The position numbers and the translations under genes are program-made. The notes beneath the pieces are model-generated. The model was not told where the DNA came from, ran no database searches, and worked only from the letters and a program-made list of their open reading frames with translations. This document shows, one piece after another, positions 51,286 to 63,320 of a stretch of 64,000 nt of DNA (positions are counted from its first letter, which is position 1; every line of letters begins with the position of its first letter). The stretch comes from Paragordius varius (lineage: Eukaryota > Animalia > Nematomorpha): assembly GCA_964247055.1 (NCBI GenBank), contig OZ176055.1, positions 9,114,001 through 9,178,000 on the forward strand. Reading direction: 5' to 3'.

Positions 51286-54200
51286 ATAAAACATTTTCGT
51301 TGTGTAATGTTTCAAGTTAAGTTCAATGGTTGATAATAATAGTAAAAGAGTTTCAAATGTAAAGTCAGATTAGGCAAGACAAAAAAACAACCTTTATTGA
51401 TTTTTTGTATATGCCTAAGCCAAAAATTTTATTATAAATCCAAAAAACTACGTATGATTTCTATTTACCTCACTTTCAATATTTATATATATATATATTA
51501 TAAAAATCAAATTTTAACTTATTAAATTATTTATGATGAGAGGCGAGTTAAATGGTATGGCTAAAAATTAATTTTTTGTCAATAAGACAATTAAATTTAT
51601 AAAACTGAATGGGGATGTTAATCTTAGTTTCAGTTTCTAAACCAGGGTTGTATAACACCCGGCCCTTATTTGAGACTTTATATTTAAGGCCCACGAAAAA
51701 TTGGAAAATCTATATTTTGCGACAAAACATACTTGGAAAATCTTATTACAATCAATAGTTCTTAAACAATTTTTCTAATTTTAATCTATCCAAATGACAG
51801 GAACTTAAAATATATGCTATAGGGCGTTTGTATTTTACAGTCTTATGTTTGAAATCTTATAAAACTTTTGAGATGTGTTTGCAATTGAGAATGTTTAAGT
51901 TATTAGGGTACACCACACTTTTCATAATGCAGACATATTTAGAATTAAATAATTTAATTGTATAGCTGCAGATGAAAAAATGATTGATGTACCTAATTGT
52001 AATACATTACATAACTACAGTAAAACATTTTTTTACTAAACAACTTTATTATTAGTATTAACCTAGTTGAATTGTTACATATATATTTTTATGCGATTCT
52101 TTCAATGATAAACTAGTATATAACATGTATGATTAATATATTGTTTGATTTGAATTGAAATCGATTTTTTTACAAATTAAGCAAAAGTTTGCAAGAAAAT
52201 CATCTTTCGATCCACGTGTCAAAAAGTACATACATAAGTTAGTAAAATATATATGTAAATATTATATATTTGTTACAAGAAAAATTAACTAAACTTACAT
52301 GTATATATCGTAATAATAAATCATGGTTCTTTTAATACAACAATACTATTTTATAAGGCTATTAATATTAATATGTATACATACCTTGAATGATTGATTA
52401 TTATATGTTAAAATATAAAAGGTGAATCTAATTCAATTTGTTTATATAGAAGCATGAGGTCAGTCAAAGATGATTGGTTATCTTATTTGAAAAATTAGAA
52501 ATCAATCTAAAACTACTTGTCTAAATATAAATTTGCTTTTTATCATTAAGTTTTTAAAACGATTCGGGAGTTTTATTTTTTAGCAATGTTTATTGGTTCT
52601 CAGTCTATACTCAATTTTAAACCACATCATTCTTATAAAAAACATTTCTGCCAATCTAGGATAAAATTTAGTTGTATTGCCTTCAATTAAGTTAGGCGTA
52701 ATCCGCTCTTTCAATAATTTTTGGTATTAAGATTTTCTAAGTCAACACTGAAACAGTTTAAATAATTTTACAATCATTATAAGAGTTTTTTAATTTCAAA
52801 TACTTTAATGGTCAGAATGAACCATACTTCAATACCAAACAATTAATATAACTCTATTTTTCAGACGATCCTTATCGAAAGAATACACGGGTTTTTTGCC
52901 TATTTAAACAATTTAAATTGATTATTGCATCAGAGTATACAATACTGATTATGGATTAGAAAAACAAAAATGATCATTGTTAAATGAATGACGGATGGGA
53001 GGATTGCGACATTTTTATGACAAGAGGATAAAGTCAAAATGTCCTCAAAACTGTGTCAACAACGAAAAACAACGCTTTTACATTAAATTTATCGAATAAT
53101 TTTACATTTTTATGAAAATAGATTCGTTGGATGTTTTATTATTATATAATAATTCGGGTACATTTAAGGATAATTTATTATTTACTGATAGATATTAAAT
53201 TATTATTTGTTTAAATTCCGCCTAATTCATCGTCTAAGTAAATGATTATAGTCCAAATTCAAGTAAAAGAATTAATAAAAAAGGATAGCTTTTTACTGTA
53301 TGTCTCTAAGTGTCTTATCTCGGGTTTGGTTGGACTGGTCCAGGCGTTCATATTCTTAACTTTAATCGCTCATAAAAATAATCAGTCAGAAAATTTAATG
53401 TAAAAAAATGTAATATTATTTATCGTTTAAGTTATAACCTAAAGGTTGATTGATGGGTTAATTGGCTGCTGGTTATATGTCATAATTATATATTTCCAGT
53501 CAAACAGGGGTAACTTTATACAAATAAATTAATATTTTACATTCTTTTTATAAAAGCTAAACCGCTAAAATTATCTTAGGGTAGATAATATATAATTTTA
53601 CAACTATATAAAAAATTCTTTGATATTCACCCCTTAAAGTTTTATAATATGGGGGGGGGGGGGGGGGGGGTAATGTAGGATATAATATAATTTGAATTTC
53701 TATATAATGAATATTTTATTTTTAGATAAAAAGAGCCAAACAGCTACTCAATCACCCGATCAATATTTGGAAGATAAGGATTCGTCTGAATACGGCGAGT
53801 ATAAAAGAGTGCGGACCGCCTACACCCGACAACAAGTTTTAGAATTGGAGAAAGAATTTCATTTTAATAGGTAGGTAAATAAATTAACAAATATCCCTTA
53901 TTTTTTTATTTGTGATTATTGAATTAAGGTAATTTTTCGCGAAATTTTATCGCCAATATGTAAAATACTTTGATTGTAGCAAATTTTTAAGTTTATTATA
54001 TTCTTGATATTTAGTTAAAACTCTTTTCATTTATTTATTTGGTATTTGTTATGACAGACACACAATTATTCTATACTTTTTTTATTGGGTGTGGTCGTAA
54101 CTAATTTTTTAAATAAAAATTAATGAGAACTTATAAGGCATTTCATTGTTCTATTTCCTTTAATATACCCTCGTTTTTTCTAATAGATATCTCACCCGCA

Positions 54201-54838
54201 GACGCAGGATTGAAATTGCCCACAATTTGATCCTGAGTGAACGACAAATAAAAATTTGGTTCCAGAACCGACGGATGAAATGGAAAAAAGATCATAAATT
54301 ACCAAACACAAAAATTAATAACAATTGTCAACAGAAGAAGCCTTCGTACGGGGCACAAAAAAGTAATGCCTCCTCCCTTCAAGCCAAATGCAATAAAAAG
54401 AACACCAAAACGATAGATTCCTTTTCCGATCCACATACTATTGATAAATCTACTTTGGAACTGGAAACCCCAACATCTCCACCTCAACTTTCCTCTAACC
54501 TAAACTTTCAAACTCACACGTATGAAAAAGTTAAGGACGAAAACAGTGAATTAAATATAAATGATTTCCTTAAGCGATATGAAAAACAATGTTTCCCAAA
54601 CAACTATCCATCACAAACTTATTCATTGGTACAAAATGCAGGTAATGAACCTTGTTACTTTCCAAAACATCCAAATGGTGATACCAGCTACAAAAATAAT
54701 TCAAATTTCAATAATGTCACCAATATGAATAATTGTGATTCATCAACCTCTTCAAACTCGTTAACTGATGCCCTGAATTGTGTAAAAATATGCTCGAAAT
54801 TTGAACAGATCCCAGCCATTTTAAATTTTAACCCTTGA
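44865..54838 (+). CDS. Dfd: Hox4/Deformed homeodomain transcription factor; 3 coding exons
   Basis: Exons 44865-45162, 53726-53870, 54187-54838 (phases 1 and 2 match). Hexapeptide IYPWMKRVH. Homeodomain [60 protein letters not shown] followed by the PG4-diagnostic KLPNTK. Start codon uncertain; an upstream exon is possible. Confidence 0.93.
47510..47720 (-). mobile_element. Penelope-like element GIY-YIG endonuclease remnant inside Hox intron 1
   Basis: Minus-strand translation with a frameshift and stops: DIGQ...[45 protein letters not shown], typical of PLE GIY-YIG domains. Confidence 0.72.
48638..48845. mobile_element. Fold-back MITE (CAGTCATG family), opposite orientation, Hox intron 1
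   Basis: The core AAAAAGTATAAGAATTACCATAGAGCTCTTG is the reverse complement of the 12020-12234 core. Confidence 0.75.
50254..50285 (+). repeat. Poly-G tract (32 nt, one T)
   Basis: Read directly from the sequence; lies in Hox intron 1. Confidence 0.9.
53380..53490 (+). promoter_or_regulatory. Candidate Hox/Pbx-responsive intronic element
   Basis: TGATTGATGG (53447-53456) fits the TGATNNAT Pbx-Hox composite site and is immediately followed by TTAATTGG (53458-53465). Motif match only. Confidence 0.3.
53651..53670 (+). repeat. Poly-G tract (G20)
   Basis: Read directly from the sequence; 55 nt upstream of Hox exon 2. Confidence 0.9.
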
Positions 54839-55192
54839 AAAAAAAAACTGCAAGGGGAAGGTTATGGTTTTGGTCAGAGTTCAACGGTGTAACGAGAATC
54901 TTACAGAATATAATGCAATACACACTAAACACACATATCAAAAATTTATAAATTTTATTATAATCTCTTCGATCAGTATTTAATGAATAAAATTCAAACA
55001 GAAAATATTTTTATTATTATTATTATTATAAGTAACAAATAATTTGGATATCGATGCATAATTTATTATAGTTTATTCAACAAAATTAATTATATAAATT
55101 TTTAATGTTTACATAATTATCATACCAGTGCCGTCCTCCATTTCACACTTCGCTAAGACTTAATATAAACGAAGATTGCTATAGAAAAATTA

Positions 55193-56363
55193 CCAGGATT
55201 AGTCATATAACACATGTTTTTTGGTTAAAAAACTTTGGATTTTGAAAGAAATTCAATTATTGATTATATTTAGATATCGTATATCGGGTTCTGCGCATTT
55301 CCTCAATGTCTCAGGTAATATATGAATGTCGTGCCAGAAAAACTAATTGACTTTTGCGGCAAACCATTTGTCAAGCCTTTTCCAACGTCTTTGAAATTTT
55401 AGAAACCCTGTTCGAGGGTATGCCCCATTGATGTATTAGTGAAATGGTAGCAAGTAGGGAGATTTTAGCGGGTGCGAAAGAAATTCCCATCGAAGCTATA
55501 GGGCACTCGTTTTGCTGTGTGAGACGGAGCATTGTTATGTAGCAAAATCACTTTTCTTTGTCTGGCCGGCTCCGGTCATTTTTTGGTTAATGCATGGTTT
55601 AAAAATCACTTTTTGGCGATATCATTTTGTTTTAACGGTTCACTGGGTTTCAAAGTTCAGAATGCACAATATCTGTCTTGTCCTACCACCCGTAGGGCAT
55701 GTTCTTTTTGCCGAATCAATTTGGCTTTTGTTTCGATGGACCGGCTTGGGAAGGAGAAGGCCCCAATTTTTTCCGCTTTTGATTTATAAAATAAAGCCAC
55801 TGTTAATAGCCCGTCATAATTTATTGCAAAAATGATTTCCTTTTGTTGTTGAAGCAGGATCTTACAAATTATTAAGCTTTTCATTTGACGTTCGTACAAA
55901 TTGTGTGGGACTCATTTACCGAGTTTATTGGGTTTTCCTATACCGATTGACATTTTTTGAGTTGGGTAATCAGCCATAACTCTTGCACTGGATCGTCCTT
56001 CGCAGTTATGTGGTTTACCAGAGCGAACCCACCCTTTCGTTTGAAATCTTAACTTTTAATAATTTGAAACCTTGTTTCAGTGTATAATCGATAGAACATG
56101 TTTACCATATGTTTTTGGCAGTAAACGATAACTTTCAACACTCTTTTTCGATGGCAATGCGTGCCACAAATGATTTTTTTTTCAGGCACAAATTTCGAAA
56201 TAATTATTGAATGATGAATAAGACCTACTTTTTGGAAAACTCACGTTGTGTGTGTTTGCCGTTTATTGTCAGGTGATAATGGGATTTGTATCAAATTAAT
56301 CGTCTGCGTACTTTTCGTTTAAGTTTTCGCTTAGTTAAACCGGTAACTTATGACTACGCATGG
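55193..56363 (-). mobile_element. Decayed mariner (Mos1-like) transposon, near full length
   Basis: Imperfect TIRs (CCAGGATTAGTCATA / TATGACTACGCATGG) flanked by TA on both sides. Minus-strand remnants GK*VPHNLYERQ, KVILLHNNAPSHTAK, SMGHTL, KWFAAK and FFWHDIHILPE, with stops and frameshifts. Confidence 0.88.
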
Positions 56364-56989
56364 TACAAAAATAAAATGCGGTGTAAGAACTAGTAATAAA
56401 AAGTTACTATTTATATATTAAAATATAGCCACCTCTCGACTTGGATTTTTTTTTGTCCACAATTGTATACTAATTCTGAAAAATTGCCGAAAATTTAACA
56501 AATCAAAGCATTCAGATCTTTTATGATAATGAATTATGGTTTCAATCGTTTCCCAAAGTTGCTCTATAGTCTCTATTTTATGGGAAAGGTTTTTACATAA
56601 GGAACAAATTTTAAAAGAACGCGGGAAAAATCATCATCTTCCAATAAAAAATTTAAAAAGCCATTATTTTATTAATGTATAATACGTTTTTCAAAAAAAA
56701 TTGTTGCTAAGACAGAGGGGCTTTTTTAAAACACAATTTCATCGGATTAGAACAAATTTATTCCAACCATTAATGGCCATGATCAATAAAGAAACTTTAT
56801 TAAAATGGGGCTACTTGTTTGCTGGTAATGGCCTTAAATATTTCGACTCGTATTTCTAAAAACATGTAGCATGATGGACATTTACATTAATTACCATATA
56901 GATAGACGACGCGTCACAATTTAATTATAGAATAATCATATCACAAAGTTTAAGTTTTTAATCATTTTCGACGTGGCGCCGTCTGTCTA

Positions 56990-57255
56990 TTTCTAAAATT
57001 TTAAATTATACGGACAAAACATAAATACAAATATTTTTTTCAAAAGACAAAAATACTAACCTTAATCTCTAAAAATTATTTAATTACGATTGTAATATAC
57101 AATATTGATTGTATTATTAATATTCATTCCTACATAATTTAAAATATTTAACAATGAGTTATAATGAAACAATCAAGTTAAAAAAAGCGTAATTTGAATA
57201 TTGAAAAATATTTGTCTTTATATTTTTAAGTTTCCGGGCAATTAAAATTTTTCCT
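56990..57255. mobile_element. Family-A MITE (eroded ends)
   Basis: AAATTATACGGACAAAACATAAATACAAATATTTTTTTCAAAAGAC and its inverted counterpart ATATTTGTCTTTATATTTT. Confidence 0.65.
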
Positions 57256-57299
57256 GACCTCTTCCATAAATGTGACACATGCTCACAGATCAGCACTAT

Positions 57300-57480
57300 A
57301 ATAATTTCGATGAGTCAGAAAATGGCTTGACAAATGAAAAACAATCAGTTTTCTGGCATATGATTTTCATACATTACCTGAAATATGGGTTGGTTGAAGC
57401 CGATGGACAATATTTTAATGAAATAATTAATTGATTATTTTAGAGTTTTTTAACAAAAAAACAGGTATAGACTTACTAGG
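57300..57480 (+). mobile_element. Mariner 3' fragment, same family
   Basis: Matches the C-terminal coding part of the two larger copies (RKWLDK, FWH, LPE, EADGQYF). Confidence 0.7.
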
Positions 57481-58728
57481 TATATTATTTTAATATTTTT
57501 ATTTTTGAACATAAAGTATTGCCTTACTTTTATTCGATGCGGTGCTTAATTCCGACAGTAATTTTTGCCTCTACTGCTGCGCTGATTTTTGGATAATTTG
57601 GTTTTAGCTTTAAATAACACCGATTGGAGATTTTACTAAAACTCCACAAAATTTTGTATTAAATTTTATATAAACATTAAAATATTTTATATATATAATA
57701 AATAATTCTGGAACTAAACGAAATAATAACAAGCAAATATATTTTTTGTATCGTGCATTATTACATCAAATCGGTTTAGCCAGATCAGTTAAACCTAATA
57801 ATTTTAATTTTATTTAAATTAATATTGAACAAGTATTTTTTATTTTATTTGTATTTGAATGTTAATATTACGAGGGTCATAGCTGGTTATTTGAAGGAGT
57901 CAATATTGTTGATTTAACAGTCAAGTCATATAATAGCATCTTAATGAAATTTAAAACCTTATTTAGTAAATGTTTTATATTTTAACATTATCTACTCTAA
58001 TCAAATATTTGATGACCATCTCTTACTTGGAATCGATGAAAGTGCTTATAATATTTTAAAAGGATTTATTTTTCAATTTTTAAATTTGTGTCTCAGTATG
58101 TTTCTTCTTAAAGCTTTACTTGTTATATTTTTTAAATATTTAAGATTGTGCTTCTCGGCCAACAATGGAACACTTTATACAACATAAATGAAAGTGACCA
58201 ATACAACGGATCTGAAAAAGCCATAGGATTTTATAAATTAATAAATGTTAAATTTTCCATATAAAGGATAAGAAGTTGTTAGCTAATAACTTAACTTAAA
58301 TTTAAATAGAGGTTTTTAACGGCATAATAGCGATATATGTGTGATATAGGCTCTTAGCTAATTATCGTTTATAAATACACATAATAAATAGTTAGAAATT
58401 TTTGAAATTGCAGTGAAATATGAAAGATAGGGTATAAATAGTGGAATTTGAAAGAGGGAGCCACAAATTAAAGAGTAATAGAATAGTTATAAAGTCAAGC
58501 ATATATTCAGCAATAATTTGGGTTGAAGAGTGTAAATATGGTGTAAGGGAACATGTGGACTATAAAAATTTACCTAAAAATATGGTCAGTTAGACAAAAA
58601 ATACCATTTTTATACCTTTAAAGTTTCAATCATTTGTATTAAATACTATTTTACATATTGTACGCCTTGTCAAAGGTAGAGAATGAAAATGCAAAATTAA
58701 GTGTTACTGACAAATGGGTGAAACTGTA

Positions 58729-58997
58729 TTAAAGTAAAAATTGAATTACAGACAAAATATAAAAACAAAAAGGCAATAATACAAAAGACCGCTGCACCTT
58801 ATGAACTTGATTCATTTAAATATAAGTTTTGAATTGCAAAGGATGAAAAATTGATAACAAAATCAATTATATATTTCACAATTGTATTAAAATTTTTATT
58901 AGTAAAATCAAGGTATTCAAAATATGGCTGCTTTTGTAAGAAAAAAATTTGTCTTTATTTTTTTACGTTTTGTCTGTATTAATTCATTTTTACTTTA
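58729..58997. mobile_element. Family-A MITE (eroded ends)
   Basis: GTAAAAATTGAATTACAGACAAAA and its inverted counterpart TTTGTCTTTATTTTTTTACGTTTTGTCTGTA. Confidence 0.6.
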
Positions 58998-59277
58998 TAT
59001 ATATTATATGCTTATAGCATTCATGATTGCAGGAGACACTTGTACCCTCTCCGGCCACTTACGTCTTATAATATTTTGTTATATCTTTTTCTCGTTTTTT
59101 GTTCTACAATAATTTCTATTTTAAAGATACATTTGAATTCACCTAATAATCGATGTGTTGGCAGTGTCCTTAATCCCACTATAATAGCAGTGCATTGAGT
59201 TAGATTTTAAGTTAGATAATATTACGTCCTAAATATGAATCAAGTATAGATTTAATCGACATAATTATTTATATTTA

Positions 59278-60223
59278 CGAGGTGTAGTCATAGATCAATT
59301 CCATTTTAACTAAAAGAAACGAGCAAAAAGTACGCAGACGATTAGCTTGATACAGACTTTTTTTGTTCAGACAGTAAAGTACACAAAACTTAAGTCCGCC
59401 AAAGAATTGAGTTTAGATTTTACCATCAAGTGACCATGTCATATCTTGTGCCTGTGCAGCTGTAGCACGCATATCTTTTATCAGAGAAAAGGATTGTTGA
59501 AATTTATTGTTTGCTGTTAGAAATATATGGTGAACTTGCTCCAGCAATTAAAACATAAACATGGTTGCTAAATTTAAAAGTTGGTCAAAGAAAATGGGCG
59601 CCTTGGTATACCGCAAAACTGCGAAGATGATCATGTGCAACAGTTATTGGATGATGACTCAACTCAAACTTAACTGCAATTGGCAGAACTATTACATGTA
59701 TTTAAAAAACAATCAGTAGACGTCTGCGAGCAATGGGAAAGACCAATAAATATGGTAAATGGCTCCATACAATCTGAATAAACGTCAAATAATGTGTATC
59801 GCCACCAAATATTAATTTAAACTATGTATTAACCGAAAAACGACCGGAATGGGACATAAGACATAGCAAGTAATTTTGGTACACGATAATGCTCCGTATC
59901 AAACAGCAAAATCAGTGAAATACCCCTTAAAGTTACTATGGAAAGACCTTCCGCATCCAATATACTCTCCTGGCTTCATCTGACTATTACCTCTCGCATC
60001 AATGGACATCTTGCAGAGGTGCATTTTAAAAATTTTTTAAGACGTTGGAAAATGGATTACGAATGTAAGGCAAGAGAAAATTAGTTTTTCGGGCATGTTT
60101 ATATATTGCCTAAGAGAGGGACGAAATTTGTACAAGCAGATTAATATTTTGAATAAACTAAATAATTGTTACCTTTCAAAATTACATATTTTTTCCCAAA
60201 AAACCTATAATTTATACACCTGG
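59278..60223 (+). mobile_element. Decayed, internally deleted mariner of the same family
   Basis: Left end shares sequence with the 55193-56363 copy (GTAGTCATA...AAAAGTACGCAGACGATTA). Remnants LLEIYGELAPAIKT, EDDHVQQLLDDDSTQT, RLRAMGK and HDNAPYQTAKSV..LPHPIYSPG. Right end TATACACCTGG. Confidence 0.85.
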
Positions 60224-63200
60224 AAACTAAAACTTAAATACCATATGCTAATTTATTTGGGTTGTGTTTTAGAAAACCCTCTAGGACAGTGGCTCCCAAA
60301 GGGTGGCAACGCTCCCATAGAAAAATATAAATACAACATAAATCTGATAATACTAAACTGGAAAAATGACATTATATTGAAGTTAGCCAATCTTTTATCA
60401 TCCTTTATCGGGTTTACCAAATATGCCTTTACCCATTAATGGAGAAATTTTGGGGGAAATGTAATGCCTATGGATAGGGACCAGTTTTTGAATAGGTTTT
60501 GTTTTGTGTATATTAAATACTCTTTGATAAAAAATTATCATTTTGACTTAAATTTTTTTTTAATTCTAGCCATACTAAAAAGTGTAGAATTAAGTCAATT
60601 GAACCTAGCCGCATGTAGTAACATCGATAAAGTAAAGCAAAGAATTCAAGCTGGAAAATTGAGTTTAGCTAAAAGGGTTTGTGGCAGATCTGACGATAAT
60701 TAGCGCGTTCTGAAACAGTAAATCATCAAATTATAACAGCTTTTTACAATCATGAGATCAATTTTATAATAATAAGTTTTAATAATTACTTAAATATGGG
60801 GTGATAGCGGAGGACCCATCGTTTACAATAACAAAGTGTTTGGTTTAGCTTCTGAGGTAGCCAATAAACCGACCTGGATCTGAGAGTGTCTTTTTGCATT
60901 GATGTCAATAAATACTTATATCTTATTTTAATTAATTTTGTAGTACATATCCACGGGGTTTTAATTTTTTTATTTTTTGTAAAATAAATTTATATAAGAG
61001 GTCGGGTAAAACACTTGAATAACTCAAAAATGATTTTTTTTGCACAAAGCTAAATGCTAGATTCCAAAACATAAATATAGTAAATTGATTGTCTCAAATT
61101 CTAGGATCGCTATAAAATGAAATAGCTGGGATTTATAATAACTATGCTAGATTATGACACCAGAATATATTAGTTTTACAAATGCATTCTTTGTAGAAAC
61201 TAAAATTTTAACTAAACTTTGTTGAGGGTTCTTATGGGGTCATGGTGAAAACAGCATTATAACATTTTAAAATATTTTTAAATTTTTTATATGATTTGCT
61301 GCTGAAGATTTTTATCACATTAGAAGTTATTTAAATTTGTCCTTAAATTTAAGTCAAATTCAAACTGTGTTTTAAAAAGTACCCGAATACCCACTGAAAA
61401 CAAACAAATCTTTTAATTATCAAAAAATCATCCCTTGAAAGCAAACAAGTCATAATTGGGTAAAAACTCCCGCACTATCTAAATAAAAAAAGTATGAAAA
61501 ATATTTTTAAATGTACTGCTTCCACATTCCTCAAAACACCATAAAATACGTTTCAAAAAATTAATTTCTTATGCATAATATGCCATTTTTAACATTTATT
61601 GATGCCAAAATGTATTATATATTTAATTATAGCACAATCTCACAACGTTTACACAGTATATCCTAATAGAAAAATGCATCAGGATTATCTGCTGTAAAAT
61701 TTTGTCAAAAATTAATATATCCATTTTTAAAAAAAATATATTTTTTTGATGTAATTTAGCACATATTTAAAATTATCCCTAAATCCCGGAATTTTTGCGT
61801 TTATTTTAAAACAACTGTCCCATTTTAGAGGAGCATAATTTGGGACTTTGCCTATCTCTAAAATTGAAAAATCAAATATTATTTTGTTCTCTTATATGTA
61901 GTTTATGTTTAGTGATATTTTTGGCATGAAGCATTTAACTATCACCGAAAAAATAAAAAAACATTTACTACAAAATCGAGCTGTGGAATATAAAACTTCC
62001 CAAAAGGTAAATTAGGACAAAAAAATGAAAAGGTAATGAAGTGAAAATTTATACAAAAAATGGCAAAAAATTTGGATGAAGATTTTTACGTTATTATTAA
62101 ATTTTTAATGCATACTGCTCTCAAAATCGGGAAAAATAACCTGTGAAATATATATTCTGATAGATAAATGTATATTATCATGACGCTTTTGATTTTAGCC
62201 CTCATGAGTGAGATAAGAAAATCATTATATAAGCTCTTCATATCAGAAAATGGCATACTGTTTTTAAAGTTATTTTATTTAAATTTAATCATCAAACATG
62301 TATTAAATAAAAAAGCTTATGTATACAGTTTTGTGATGTAGACTAAAAGCCTTTTATATACATATTCAAACCATAAATCCATTTATTTTGCTGTTGTACT
62401 AGCCACTTAAAAAATTTATAGGGAAAATAGCGGCAAAAAGGTTGAGATAAGAATTTTTAAACAATTTTAAAATGTCTTTTGAATAATGCGCTTATAAGGC
62501 TAAATAAAGCACATTTTGAATTCTCCTTAGTAGCTTAAATATTAGGATATTCGAATTAAAAATCGCTGGGGAAATAAACCTACCCTAAAGGTAATAGAGT
62601 GTAATATCGGTGAATCAATAGGTAAATAAATGTGTATTATGTTTAAAAAATGTTAATAATTAAAGCTTTCGGGCTCCATTTTACCGGGAAAAACCTGATA
62701 TATTTTATTTATCAACTATACGTTTCAATCGTCTTTGGAGATGTTTCAATTTTGGATCCTAGGAGTCAAAACTGTAAAAAACATAAGGTTTTGTATCTAA
62801 TAGATGTGAATATTGTTTGTCAATTAAATTACTAAAATTACTTTCAAAGTAGTTAAGAAATTGCTCTCTAAGATAAAATACTACCCCACACTCAAAAAAG
62901 TGGAAAGGTCAAGTGTAAAAATTTGTAGCACAATCTCGACCCTTTTGCCTATATATTAGGAAAACATGCCCATTTACGAAAAAATTTTAGGGATATTTTT
63001 TCAAAAAAAGCATAGATCTTTTATCAAATAAATTTTATAATATACAAATTTTGCCATTTTCCGTCCTACCAGAATTATATATTCCATCAGTTTTACAACC
63101 ACCGATTTTGGACGCAGTGTTATATATATATATTATTAAGATTTATCTTATACTGCCCAATAGAATATGAAAATTTGTGATTTTTTATGGATATAATAGA

Positions 63201-63320
63201 TTGAATTACAAATCTATATTTCCCAGTGTGGTAAAAAAAGCTACTTCATATGCCTTTTTAGCAGACGATAATTTCGTCTGATACCAATATTTAAATTTCA
63301 TAGTCCTTTGCAGTTTTGTC

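Noticed and set aside
667-62835. Most remaining short ORFs in the track (e.g. 3722-3979, 18483-18761, 43977-44298, 46256-46500, 47348-47672, 50153-50392, 55512-55835)
   Set aside because: They are antisense shadows of exons, TE sequence or low-complexity AT/poly-G frames with no recognisable motifs.
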